From NCBI GenBank assembly GCA_965248835.1, contig CBDFLJ010000002.1, positions 2,400,001 through 2,464,000 of the forward strand: a DNA stretch of 64,000 bases, read 5' to 3'. The first letter of the stretch is position 1. Each line of letters begins with the position of its first letter. Under the pieces are notes generated by a model, which worked only from the letters and a program-made list of their open reading frames with translations, searched no databases and was not told the origin of the DNA. The position numbers and the translations under genes are program-made. This stretch comes from Alphaproteobacteria bacterium (GTDB taxonomy: Bacteria > Pseudomonadota > Alphaproteobacteria > MPNO01). Shown here piece after piece: positions 8,943-18,130 of this stretch.

Positions 8943-9965
8943 ATGCGATTTCCCGGACTGAAGACGACTGCCGTCGGCCTCGTGGCCGGTGTGGCGCTGC
9001 TCGGCGCCGGCACCGCCGCGGAGGCAAAGATCAAGCGGATCACCATCGGCAGCAACCCGGCCGGCTCGGTCTACTTCCTGCTGGCCGGCGGCTTCGCCAA
9101 GCTGTTCCAGCAGAAGCTCGAGATCCGCTCGACCGCGCAGCCGCATGCCGGCTCGTCGGTCTACCTGCCGCTGATGAACAAGGGCGAGATCGTGCTCGGC
9201 CTCAATTCCAGCCTGGACTCGGGCATGGCGGTCAGCGGCCAGCCGCCGTTCCAGAGCAAGATCGCGAACGTGCGGATGATCGCGCGGATCTGGATCCTTC
9301 CCTACGCGTACATGGTCAAGGAGAACTCGGGCATCAAGACGATTGCCGACCTGCGCGGCAAGCGGGTCCTGGTCAACGTGAAGACCAACGTGTCCCTGGC
9401 CCAGGCCAACCGCACGCTGCTGTCGACCGCGGGGCTGACCGAGGCCGACGTAACCGCGATCGATTCCGGCGGCGTGGTCGCGGGCATCAACAGCGTCGTG
9501 GAGGGGCGTGCGCACGCCACCTCGATCGCCCTGACCATGCCGGCGATGCGCAAGGCCCATGCCACCGTGCCCGGCGGGCTCAGGGTCCTGGGTCTGGGCT
9601 CGATGGCCACCGACGCGTTCATGGCCAAGGGCATGGCCGGCCTCTACACGATGCAGGTCAAGTCCAGCAAGCGCCTGCCCTTCGTCCGCGGCGATACCTT
9701 GATCGCCGCCTTCGACAGCTATCTCAACGCCGGACCGCAGGTCGATGAAGAGGACGCCTACCGGCTGGCCATGACGCTTCACGTCAACTGGAAGAAGCTG
9801 CAGAAGGACTACCCGCCGCTGCGCGGGACGCCGCAGGCGGCGCTGGCGCCGTCCGGGAACGCGATGCCCTACCATCCCGGCGCCATTAAGTACTGGAAGG
9901 AAGTCGGCATGTGGACCGACGCCAACGCCGCCAGCCAGGCCAAGGTGATGAGCATGGTCCGTTAG
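8943..9965 (+). CDS. TAXI-family TRAP transporter solute receptor
   Basis: Signal peptide; ITIGSNPAGSVYF, SGIKTIADLRGKRV, PYHPGAIKYWKE. Confidence 0.85.
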   Translation: MRFPGLKTTAVGLVAGVALLGAGTAAEAKIKRITIGSNPAGSVYFLLAGGFAKLFQQKLEIRSTAQPHAGSSVYLPLMNKGEIVLGLNSSLDSGMAVSGQPPFQSKIANVRMIARIWILPYAYMVKENSGIKTIADLRGKRVLVNVKTNVSLAQANRTLLSTAGLTEADVTAIDSGGVVAGINSVVEGRAHATSIALTMPAMRKAHATVPGGLRVLGLGSMATDAFMAKGMAGLYTMQVKSSKRLPFVRGDTLIAAFDSYLNAGPQVDEEDAYRLAMTLHVNWKKLQKDYPPLRGTPQAALAPSGNAMPYHPGAIKYWKEVGMWTDANAASQAKVMSMVR

Positions 9966-10008
9966 GACCGCCGCAACGGCGCAGACCACACCACGCGGCG
10001 ACGCGACG

Positions 10009-11904
10009 ATGGATCGCTTCACCGGAGCGTTGCTGCGTGTCTGCCTGGCGCTGATCCCGATCATCGGGGTGCTGTGGATCTTCTCGGTCAGCGATCGGCT
10101 GGGCGTCACGCTGACCTTCCAGCAGACCGTCGGCACCGTCCTGGGCATCTCGGTGGCGGCGGCGTTTCTCAAATACCCCTATGCCAGCCGCACCGGATGG
10201 GGCGAGATCGTGCTGGCGGCGGTCGCGTTCGCGGCCTGGTTCTGGATGGCGATCCATTTCGAGCCGTGGATCGTCGGCATGGCCGACCGCACGCCCGAGA
10301 AGTGGGTGCCGGGCGTGATCGCGATCCTGACGATGATGGAGGCGCTGCGCAAAGCCTGCGGCACCGTCATCACGGCCCTGGTCTGGATCATGATCGCCTA
10401 TGCCTATTTCGGCGGACACCTGCCGGGCGTGCTGGAGGCCGAGGTGTTCCCGCCGACCAAGGTCATCCTCTACCTCTACGCCGACAACAACGGCATCCCG
10501 GGGCTGGTGCTGCGCGTGGTGACCGAGCTGGTGCTTGCCTTCATCATCTTCGGCAAGCTGCTGGAGGTCTCGGGCGCCACCCGGTTCTTCACCGATCTGG
10601 CGATGGCGCTGATGGGCCACCGCCGCGGCGGGCCGGCCAAGGTCGCCGTCGTCGCCTCCAGCGCATTCGGCACCATCTCCGGCTCGGCGGTCGGCAACAT
10701 CATGTCGACCGGCATCGTCACCATCCCGATGATGAAGCGCACCGGGTTCGAGCCGCGCTATGCGGCAGGGATCGAAGCGGTTGCTTCCAACGGCGGGCAG
10801 ATCGCGCCGCCGGTCATGGGGGCGACGGCCTTCATCATCGCGGAGTTTCTGGAGGTCCCGTATATCGACGTGGTGATCGCCGCGGCGATCCCGGCGGTGC
10901 TCTACTATCTGGTCCTGTTCCTCCAGGTCGATGCGATCGCCGTCCGGTTCGGGCTGCGCGGCTTGCCAAGGGCGGAGCTGCCGCGTGCGCTGCCGGTGCT
11001 GCTGGGGGGCTGGGTGTTCGTCCTGCCGCTCGGCGTGCTGATCTATTTCCTGTTCGGGCTCGGCTACAATCCCGGTCTGTCGGCGATGTATGCGGTGCTC
11101 GCGCTGCTCGCCTTGACGGTCGTCCGCAACCGGCGCCTGCCCAGCCGGGCGGAGTGGGCGGACTACACCTTCGGCTCGGGCGAGAACCTGCTGCCGCTGA
11201 TCCTGATCGCCGGCGGCGCTGGCGTGGTGATGGGGGTGCTGAATTCGACCGGGCTCGCCTTCCAGCTTTCGATCATCCTGGCCGAGCTCGGCGAGAGCGC
11301 CGGCATCCTCGCGATGCTGCTGGTGACCGCGCTGGTCTCGATCATCCTCGGCATGGGCATGCCGACGGCGGCGGTCTACATCATCCTGGCGACCGTGATC
11401 GCGCCGGCCCTGATCGAGATGGGGCTGCAACCGATGGCGGCCCACCTGTTCCTGTTCTATTTCGGCCTCTTGAGCATGCTCACCCCGCCGGTCGCAGTCG
11501 CCAGCATGGTTGCCGCAGGAATCGCGGGCTCGGACATGTGGCGCACCGGCGTCGTCGGGGTCCAGCTTGCCGCGGCCGCCTACCTGCTGCCCTTCCTGTG
11601 GGCGTTCAACCCCGCGCTGGTGATGGAAGGCTCCTGGCAAGCGGTCCTCTACGTCACCGCGACCGCGGCGGTCGCCGGGTTCCTGGTCGCCGAGGCGGTG
11701 GTCAAGCTGAGCGATCCCGGGCTGGTGAACAAGGGCCTGGCGCTCGCCTACTTTGCGGCGACGATTGCCGTCGGCGGCGCGACGATTTGGATCGGCCACG
11801 ATTCCCCCCTGACGCTTCTGGCCGCCGCCGCCGGTGCCGGGCTCATCGTCCTGGTCCGCCGCTGGGCGCCCGCCCGACAGCCGCGGACCGAGCCGTCGAC
11901 ATAG
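10009..11904 (+). CDS. TRAP transporter fused 4TM/12TM permease
   Basis: RGGPAKVAVVASS.FGTISGSAVGN, GGQIAPPVMGATAF, GMGMPT, LTPPVA. Confidence 0.9.
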   Translation: MDRFTGALLRVCLALIPIIGVLWIFSVSDRLGVTLTFQQTVGTVLGISVAAAFLKYPYASRTGWGEIVLAAVAFAAWFWMAIHFEPWIVGMADRTPEKWVPGVIAILTMMEALRKACGTVITALVWIMIAYAYFGGHLPGVLEAEVFPPTKVILYLYADNNGIPGLVLRVVTELVLAFIIFGKLLEVSGATRFFTDLAMALMGHRRGGPAKVAVVASSAFGTISGSAVGNIMSTGIVTIPMMKRTGFEPRYAAGIEAVASNGGQIAPPVMGATAFIIAEFLEVPYIDVVIAAAIPAVLYYLVLFLQVDAIAVRFGLRGLPRAELPRALPVLLGGWVFVLPLGVLIYFLFGLGYNPGLSAMYAVLALLALTVVRNRRLPSRAEWADYTFGSGENLLPLILIAGGAGVVMGVLNSTGLAFQLSIILAELGESAGILAMLLVTALVSIILGMGMPTAAVYIILATVIAPALIEMGLQPMAAHLFLFYFGLLSMLTPPVAVASMVAAGIAGSDMWRTGVVGVQLAAAAYLLPFLWAFNPALVMEGSWQAVLYVTATAAVAGFLVAEAVVKLSDPGLVNKGLALAYFAATIAVGGATIWIGHDSPLTLLAAAAGAGLIVLVRRWAPARQPRTEPST

Positions 11905-11946
11905 GGCTTGTCCGGAACATGGTCCGGCGGCGGCGGCAGAGTCGGT

Positions 11947-11960
11947 TTGATGCCGATCAA
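11947..11960. promoter_or_regulatory. FNR/FixK (Crp-Fnr family) consensus box
   Basis: TTGATGCCGATCAA is a perfect TTGAT-N4-ATCAA, intergenic, about 70 bp upstream of the ligA-like start. Confidence 0.6.
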
Positions 11961-12030
11961 AGTCGGAATCGCGCCGCGCGGGCTTTGAGATTAATCTGGG
12001 GCGTCGGGGAACGAGGATGCGGAGACGGTG

Positions 12031-12303
12031 ATGACGGATTACTGGCTGAACAAGCTGATGTTCGACCTCCAGGGGCCGGGCGGCAAGGACCGCTGGCAGG
12101 CGGACCGAACCGCCGTGCTCGATCAGTATCCGCTGGCGCCGGAGGTCCGCCAAGCGCTGCTCGACGACGACATGAAGGTCATTCAGCCGCTGGCCAACCC
12201 CTATCTGCTGCGCTTCCACCTGCTGATCAGCGGCTACGGCGATGCCGAATCGATCGCGCTGCTGAGCGCGCTCGCCAAGACCGAGGAGAGAGTCGATGGC
12301 TAG
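12031..12303 (+). CDS. LigA/CarBa-like small subunit of class III extradiol dioxygenase
   Basis: YWLNKLMFDL...VLDQYPL.PE.RQALL..D...ANPYLL; overlaps the ligB-like start. Confidence 0.7.
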   Translation: MTDYWLNKLMFDLQGPGGKDRWQADRTAVLDQYPLAPEVRQALLDDDMKVIQPLANPYLLRFHLLISGYGDAESIALLSALAKTEERVDG

Positions 12304-13129
12304 GATCGTAGGCTCGTTTGCCGCCTCGCACGGCCCCAACATCGCGCGCGAATGGGAGACCTTGAAGCCCCAGACGCGCGAATGGGTCCAGACCCGGTTC
12401 GACGACATGGGTGCGCGCATCAAAGCATTGGCACCCGATGTTCTGGTCATCCATTGCACCGACCATTGGGTCAATTTCTTCCTCGACAACATGCCAGCCT
12501 TCTGTATCGGCATCGGCGAGCAGCATGACGGCCCGCCCGAGCCGTTCATGAAGCCGGTCTTCCCCTACGAGACGCTGCCGGGCCACGCCGGGCTCGGCCG
12601 GCATCTCCTGAAGGCGGCCTTCGCCGCGGATTTCGACCCTGCCTATTCCATGCGCCTCAAGCTCGACCACGGCATGTGCGTGCCGATCTGGAAGCTCGAC
12701 TTCGACCCGATCCCGCCGATCGTGCCGGTGCTGATCAACCTGGTGGAAGAGCCCTTCCCGAGCCCGGCACGCTGCATCGCCTGGGGGCACATGATCCGCG
12801 ATGCGATCGAAAGCTATCCCGAGGACCTGCGGGTCGCGGTGCTGGGCACCGGCGGGCTCAGCCATTCGATCGGCGAGATCACCATGGGCTGGATCGACGA
12901 GCCGTTCGATCACGCCTGCATCGATCTGTTCAGGAACGCCTCGGACGGCGAGATCGCGGCGCGGCTGGACGAGATGCTGGAGCACACCGGCAACGGCGGC
13001 GCGGAGGTCCGCGCCTGGGCGGTCGCCCACGCCGCGGCCGGCAGCCAGGGCTTCGACCTGATCGACTACATCCCGATGCCCGAGGCGCTGATCGGCTGCG
13101 GCCTGGCCGAATGGCGTATCCCGGCCTGA
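12296..13129 (+). CDS. LigB/CarBb-like class III extradiol dioxygenase catalytic subunit
   Basis: ASHGP, TDHW..FF.DNMP.F.IG, LDHG..VP, GTGGLSH, NGG.EVR.W motifs. Confidence 0.85.
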   Translation: MARIVGSFAASHGPNIAREWETLKPQTREWVQTRFDDMGARIKALAPDVLVIHCTDHWVNFFLDNMPAFCIGIGEQHDGPPEPFMKPVFPYETLPGHAGLGRHLLKAAFAADFDPAYSMRLKLDHGMCVPIWKLDFDPIPPIVPVLINLVEEPFPSPARCIAWGHMIRDAIESYPEDLRVAVLGTGGLSHSIGEITMGWIDEPFDHACIDLFRNASDGEIAARLDEMLEHTGNGGAEVRAWAVAHAAAGSQGFDLIDYIPMPEALIGCGLAEWRIPA

Positions 13130-13162
13130 GCCCTACCCCGATGAGGTGATCGGAGCCGGCCC

Positions 13163-14365
13163 ATGAACGCCGTCCACAGGTCCACCGCGATCAAGGACCG
13201 GATCCCCGTGCTGGGGCTCAAGGAGTACTGGCACCCCGGCGTGCTGGCCCGCAAGGTGGGCAAACGTCCGGTCGGCATGAAGATGCTCGGTGAGGATGTC
13301 GTCTTCTTCCGCGGCAAGGACGGCAGGGTGGTCGCCGCAACCAATACCTGTCCACACCGCGGCGGATCGCTGATGCACGGCGATTGCCACTACCGAGGCA
13401 CCATCGCCTGCCCTTACCACGGCTGGGTGTTCGACGAGCACGGTGCGTGTCTGGCCGTGCTGTCGGAAGGGCCGAACAGCGCGATGCCGGGCAAGGTCAG
13501 GCTCCGGATCTACCCGACGCGGACGCTCAAGGGCCTGGTATTTGTCTGGATGGGTGAAGGCGTACCCGCCGCGATCGAAGAAGACGTCCCGCCCGAGTTC
13601 TTCGAGGACGACGGCACGATGCTGTTCATCTCCGTCCGCGACTGGGCGGTCAACTGGCGCGGCGCGCTGGAGAACGGCATGGACTCGCACGTCATGTACG
13701 TCCACCGCAACGCCCTGTTGTCGCTGATGGAGCCGATCCAGCATTTCGGCCCCGTCGGCTACTACCCCAAGGTGGTCAACGACAGGGCGGTCATCGGGTT
13801 TCTGAAGGACCCGCCCAGCAGCCGGAAACAGCATTTTGCGGCGCTGGGCGATAGCTGGCCCCGAACCGAGTGGCGCCGGCTGTGGCTGTGGGCCTTCGCC
13901 TGGCGCGCGAACCGGATCAAGAACAGCCCGCCCTTCCACGAGGACAGACAGGAATGGGGCATGCACGCCAAGGTCGACGGCAGATACGTCCGCGCGGCCG
14001 GCCACCACCTGCCCGCGATGTTCCGTTTCGATTTCGGCGGCCAGATGTATACGCGCTTCTGCGTCGCGACCACGCCCGATGAGACCAGGATCTTCTACGT
14101 CCACGCCTCGCGCCGTAAGGGCTGGCTCAACAGGAAGCTGCGAGCCGTCTACTACCACTGCTTCCGCAACTGGGCGCTGAACATCAACTTCTCCAGCCAG
14201 GACTACCGGGTGATGGCGACCCAGGACTATGCGGCGCCCGAGATGCTGTCCACCAGCGACGCGGAGATCGTCCAGTGGCGGCGCCTACTGCTGCGCGCCC
14301 GCGGAATGCCTCAGGCGCCGCATGCGGCTGAGACCGGGACGGCGGAGCGGACCGCGGCCGAGTAA
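13163..14365 (+). CDS. Rieske oxygenase, single-subunit type (CarAa/2-oxoquinoline 8-monooxygenase-like)
   Basis: LGLKEYWHP, CPHRG...CPYHGW, NWR.ALENGMDSH..YVH, NFSSQD. Confidence 0.8.
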   Translation: MNAVHRSTAIKDRIPVLGLKEYWHPGVLARKVGKRPVGMKMLGEDVVFFRGKDGRVVAATNTCPHRGGSLMHGDCHYRGTIACPYHGWVFDEHGACLAVLSEGPNSAMPGKVRLRIYPTRTLKGLVFVWMGEGVPAAIEEDVPPEFFEDDGTMLFISVRDWAVNWRGALENGMDSHVMYVHRNALLSLMEPIQHFGPVGYYPKVVNDRAVIGFLKDPPSSRKQHFAALGDSWPRTEWRRLWLWAFAWRANRIKNSPPFHEDRQEWGMHAKVDGRYVRAAGHHLPAMFRFDFGGQMYTRFCVATTPDETRIFYVHASRRKGWLNRKLRAVYYHCFRNWALNINFSSQDYRVMATQDYAAPEMLSTSDAEIVQWRRLLLRARGMPQAPHAAETGTAERTAAE

Positions 14366-14384
14366 CCCGACAAAAGGACGTTCA

Positions 14385-15443
14385 ATGGCGGAGATCCTCG
14401 GTCTCGGTCTGACCCACTATTCAGGCCTGCGGTTCACCGATGCCGACATGAGCATCTTTCTCAGAAGGACGCTCGAGGGCAGCCGGGTGCCAGCGGCGAT
14501 GAAGGACCCGGCCAATTGGCCGGCGCCGATGCGCGCCGAATGGGCGGACGACCGCGGTCTCGCCGCCGCGACCGCGCACCGCGCCCGGCACTGGGCGGCG
14601 TTCTCCGCAATCCGCGAGGAGTTGGCCCGGTTCGCGCCGGATTTCATCGTGATGTGGGGCGACGATCAGTACGAGAACTTCGTCGAGGACATGGTGCCGC
14701 CATTCTGCATCTACATCCTGGACCGTATCGAGTCCAAGCCGTTCCTGGCGGATCCCCGCCAGCCCGACGCCGCCAACCCGTGGGGCGAGGGCGCGGAGAC
14801 CGCCTTCGTCCATCGCGGCCACCCTGCAGGCGCGGCCTATCTCGCAGCGGGTCTGGGCGAGCGCGGGCTCGACGTTCCCTATGCCTACCGGCTGCGCTAT
14901 CACCGCGGGCTCGCGCATGCCTTCATCAACACACTGATGTTCCTCGACCACGACCGGACGGGGTTCGACCACCCGCTGGTGCCGTTTCACGTGAACTGCT
15001 ACGGCGGGGACCTGATCCGGACTCAGGGCGGCCACCTCGCGCCCGGCCAGGGGGGCGATGTGCCCGACCCGCCGGCACCCTCGGCGCCGGCGTGCTTCGA
15101 CCTCGGCCGTGCGGTCGCCTCGGTGCTGGCGGCATCGCCCTGGCGGGTGGCGTTGATGGCGTCTTCGAGCTGGTCGCACGCCTTCCTGACGGCCAAGAAC
15201 GCCTGGATCTACCCCGATCACGAGTCCGACCGCCGGCGCCTGGCGGATTTGCGCGCGGGCGACTACGCGCGCTGGCGCAGCTTGACCGGCGAAGAGATCG
15301 AGACCGCCGGCCAGCACGAGTTCCGCAACTGGATCTGCCTCGCCGGCGCGATGAGCGAGATCGGCTCGCAGGCGGAGATCATCGACTATATGGAGAGCTA
15401 TGTGATGAACTCCAACAAGTGCTTCGCCGTGTTCAGGCCATGA
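14385..15443 (+). CDS. Class III extradiol dioxygenase-like protein (LigB/MhpB superfamily, long form)
   Basis: MAEILGLGLTHY, WGDDQYENF.ED..PPFCIY, LAHAF, ASSSWSHAF, GQHEFRNW. Confidence 0.75.
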   Translation: MAEILGLGLTHYSGLRFTDADMSIFLRRTLEGSRVPAAMKDPANWPAPMRAEWADDRGLAAATAHRARHWAAFSAIREELARFAPDFIVMWGDDQYENFVEDMVPPFCIYILDRIESKPFLADPRQPDAANPWGEGAETAFVHRGHPAGAAYLAAGLGERGLDVPYAYRLRYHRGLAHAFINTLMFLDHDRTGFDHPLVPFHVNCYGGDLIRTQGGHLAPGQGGDVPDPPAPSAPACFDLGRAVASVLAASPWRVALMASSSWSHAFLTAKNAWIYPDHESDRRRLADLRAGDYARWRSLTGEEIETAGQHEFRNWICLAGAMSEIGSQAEIIDYMESYVMNSNKCFAVFRP

Positions 15444-16804
15444 ACGAGGCGCGCCAGGCCGACCGGCCCGGCCCGGCGGCGCCGCTCAGCGCGCAGCAGC
15501 GCGAATGGATCGCCGAGGCGAGCGCTGCGATCGACATGGATTTTCTTCTGGCAACGCTGGAGCGCGCGGTCGAGATTCCGAGCCCGACCGGGGCGGAGCG
15601 CGCCGTGGGCGCATTTTTTACCGAGACGATGAACCGGCGCGGGATCACCGCCCGGGACCAGCCGATCGACGAGCACCGCGCCAACAGCATCGGCCGCGTC
15701 GAGGGGACCGGCGAGGGACCGGACCTTTTGTTCTACGGCCATCTCGACACCACGTTCACCGCCGACCTCGATGAGGATCGTCCGGTCCTGGGCCACGCCC
15801 CGCGGCCGGACCTGCAGCCCAGGTTCCAGCGCCGCGACGACCTGCTTTACGGCCTCGGCCTGCAGAACCCCAAGGGCAGCGTGTGCTGCGCGATCGCGGC
15901 GGTCGATGCGGTCCTGCGCAGCCGCGTCGCGCTCAAGGGCAGCGTCACCGTCGGGTTGGCCGCCGGCGGCATCCACAAGGGCCCGGTCGAGGGGTTGATG
16001 CGGCCCTATCGCGGCGGCCGCTACCAGGGTTTCGGGGTGGGCTGCGAATACATGCTCAAGCACGGCCTGACCGCGGACTACTGCATCAGCACCAAACCCG
16101 GCTACGGCATCGTCTGGGAAGAGCCCGGCGAGTGCTGGTTCCGGGTCGAGATCACCGGCAGGCTGTGCTATTCGGGCCTGCGCCATATCCAGCCCAACCG
16201 CAACCCGATCGTCGACGCGGCCGCGATCATTCCGATGATCGAGGACTGGATCGCCGACCACACCAGGCGCCAAACGCTCGGCCAGATCGCGCCCCAGGGC
16301 ACGGTCGGGGCGATTGAAGCGGGCTGGCCGTTCAAGCCCGAGTTCATCCCCGGCATCTGCGTGCTCTACATCAACGTCCACACCAACGCGGTGCAGACCC
16401 CGCACGAGCTGCGCCGGAGCTTCGCCGCCCTGATCGAGGAGATACGGGCCGCGCGGGAGGGCATCGAAATCACCTGCGACATGCTGCTGTCATGGCCGGG
16501 CTCGCGGACGCCGCCGGAGGACTGGATCGTCCGCTCGGTCTCCGGCGCGCTGGAGGCGGTCGAGGGGCGGCCGGTTATCGTCAGCGGTCTCAGCGGGACG
16601 ACCGACGGGCCGATCCTGCGCCGTGCCGGGATCGCCACCGCACGGGTCGGGCTGCCCGGCATGGCCGAGCCGGAGCCCGACTGGCCGCCGATGTTCGATG
16701 CCTGCCGCATCGCCGACCTTGAGCGGCTGAGCAGGGTCTATGTCCATGCGCTGATCGATACCTGCACGCGGCCCCGCGAGGAGACCGCCGCACCAGGCCC
16801 TTGA
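15440..16804 (+). CDS. M20/ArgE-like hydrolase-fold protein
   Basis: IPSPTG.E, LLFYGHLDT, LYGLG..NPKG, G.TDG; ATGA overlap with upstream gene. Confidence 0.75.
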   Translation: MNEARQADRPGPAAPLSAQQREWIAEASAAIDMDFLLATLERAVEIPSPTGAERAVGAFFTETMNRRGITARDQPIDEHRANSIGRVEGTGEGPDLLFYGHLDTTFTADLDEDRPVLGHAPRPDLQPRFQRRDDLLYGLGLQNPKGSVCCAIAAVDAVLRSRVALKGSVTVGLAAGGIHKGPVEGLMRPYRGGRYQGFGVGCEYMLKHGLTADYCISTKPGYGIVWEEPGECWFRVEITGRLCYSGLRHIQPNRNPIVDAAAIIPMIEDWIADHTRRQTLGQIAPQGTVGAIEAGWPFKPEFIPGICVLYINVHTNAVQTPHELRRSFAALIEEIRAAREGIEITCDMLLSWPGSRTPPEDWIVRSVSGALEAVEGRPVIVSGLSGTTDGPILRRAGIATARVGLPGMAEPEPDWPPMFDACRIADLERLSRVYVHALIDTCTRPREETAAPGP

Positions 16805-16893
16805 ACCACAGCGGATTGTCGTAGCCCGGGGTTTCCGACATCATGGGCCGCCGCCCGTTTCCGGGTCGGCCGAACCGGCTGGAGTTTCACCCG

Positions 16894-17934
16894 ATGCGCA
16901 TCGTCGATTCACACTTCCACTGGTGGCCGCGCTCGATCTTCGAGCAGCTCTGCAAGCGCAGTGGCTACCCGCGCGCGGAGGTCAACGACATCGGCGGCTA
17001 TGCCTATTGGCGCCGCGAGGATAGCGCGGAACCGCTGAATATCTGGGGCGAGTGGTTCGACCTCGACAAACAGCTCGAACACATGGACGGCCTCGGCCAC
17101 GAGGTGGACGTGGTCTGCTCGATCGGACCGTTCTCGGTCCATTTCTCCGACGTTCCCGCCGACCAGGGCCGCGACGACGCGATGCTGTGGAACGAGGAGA
17201 TGGCCGGCGCGCAGCGCAGGTATCCGGGCCGGGTGTGGGCGAGCGCGGCCGTACCACTGACCGACACCGACATCGCCATCGAGGTCTTCGATCATGCGAT
17301 CAACGAGCTCGGCCTGATGGGGGTCAACCTGCCGGGCAGCGTCGGCAGCGACCCGCGCATCGACGCCGACCGGCTGGAGCCTTTCTACGCCCGCGTCGCG
17401 GAAGCGGGCGTGCCGATGTTCCTGCACCCGACCGACGCGGTATTCCAGGACATGCTGCAGGGCTATGACGGTGCGCTTCACCTCAGCCTCGGCCGGGTGA
17501 TCGAGGTCAGCGTCGCGGCCATGCGATTGGTCCTGTCGGGGATACTGGATCGTCACCCCGATCTTACGGTGGTGATGTCCCACACCGGGGGCGCCCTGCC
17601 CTACCAATCCGGCCGGATGGACAAGAACGGCAAGGCGGCGAAGCTTCCCGAGCCGCCGAGCACCTACATCAAGCGGCTCTACAGCGACACCGTCTCGCCG
17701 CACATGGCAGGCATCCGCTACGCGATCGAGTATTTCGGCGTCGACCGCGTCATGTATGGCAGCGACTACCCTTGCTGGATGCCGGCCGAGGCTCTGCGCT
17801 ATCTGGAAGAGGTCGGACTGCCGCCGGCGGATCGGGAGAAGATCCTGAACACCAACGCCAGGCGCATCCTGGGGTTGCGCGATCCGGTTGCGCCGGTGGT
17901 CCGGCTGCAGGCAAGCGCCGCCGCTCTGGTCTAG
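16894..17934 (+). CDS. Amidohydrolase_2-family protein (ACMSD/LigW-like decarboxylase or hydratase)
   Basis: VDSHFH, MFLHP, SHTGGALP, VMYGSDYP, NARRIL. Confidence 0.85.
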   Translation: MRIVDSHFHWWPRSIFEQLCKRSGYPRAEVNDIGGYAYWRREDSAEPLNIWGEWFDLDKQLEHMDGLGHEVDVVCSIGPFSVHFSDVPADQGRDDAMLWNEEMAGAQRRYPGRVWASAAVPLTDTDIAIEVFDHAINELGLMGVNLPGSVGSDPRIDADRLEPFYARVAEAGVPMFLHPTDAVFQDMLQGYDGALHLSLGRVIEVSVAAMRLVLSGILDRHPDLTVVMSHTGGALPYQSGRMDKNGKAAKLPEPPSTYIKRLYSDTVSPHMAGIRYAIEYFGVDRVMYGSDYPCWMPAEALRYLEEVGLPPADREKILNTNARRILGLRDPVAPVVRLQASAAALV

Positions 17935-18130
17935 CCCATGCCGCGAACAGGTTGGATCCGCGCTCCGCAGCGAGCGGGTCCAATCTATGCCTGAAGCCAG
18001 CCCGAACAGGTCGACCCGCCGCCGGCGGACGCTCACCGGAATGCGGGCCGCCGCACCGGTCCAGCGTCCTTGGGACATCACCGTTCGGCACAAATCCTGT
18101 AGGATGGGAGCGGAACCGAGGAGAGACGAC

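Noticed and set aside
9886-12549. Very long antisense or alternative-frame ORFs (also 10074-12311, 32026-34476, 51396-54305)
   Set aside because: Shadow ORFs expected in high-GC DNA; Arg/Gly/Pro-rich, without motifs, and overlapping well-supported genes
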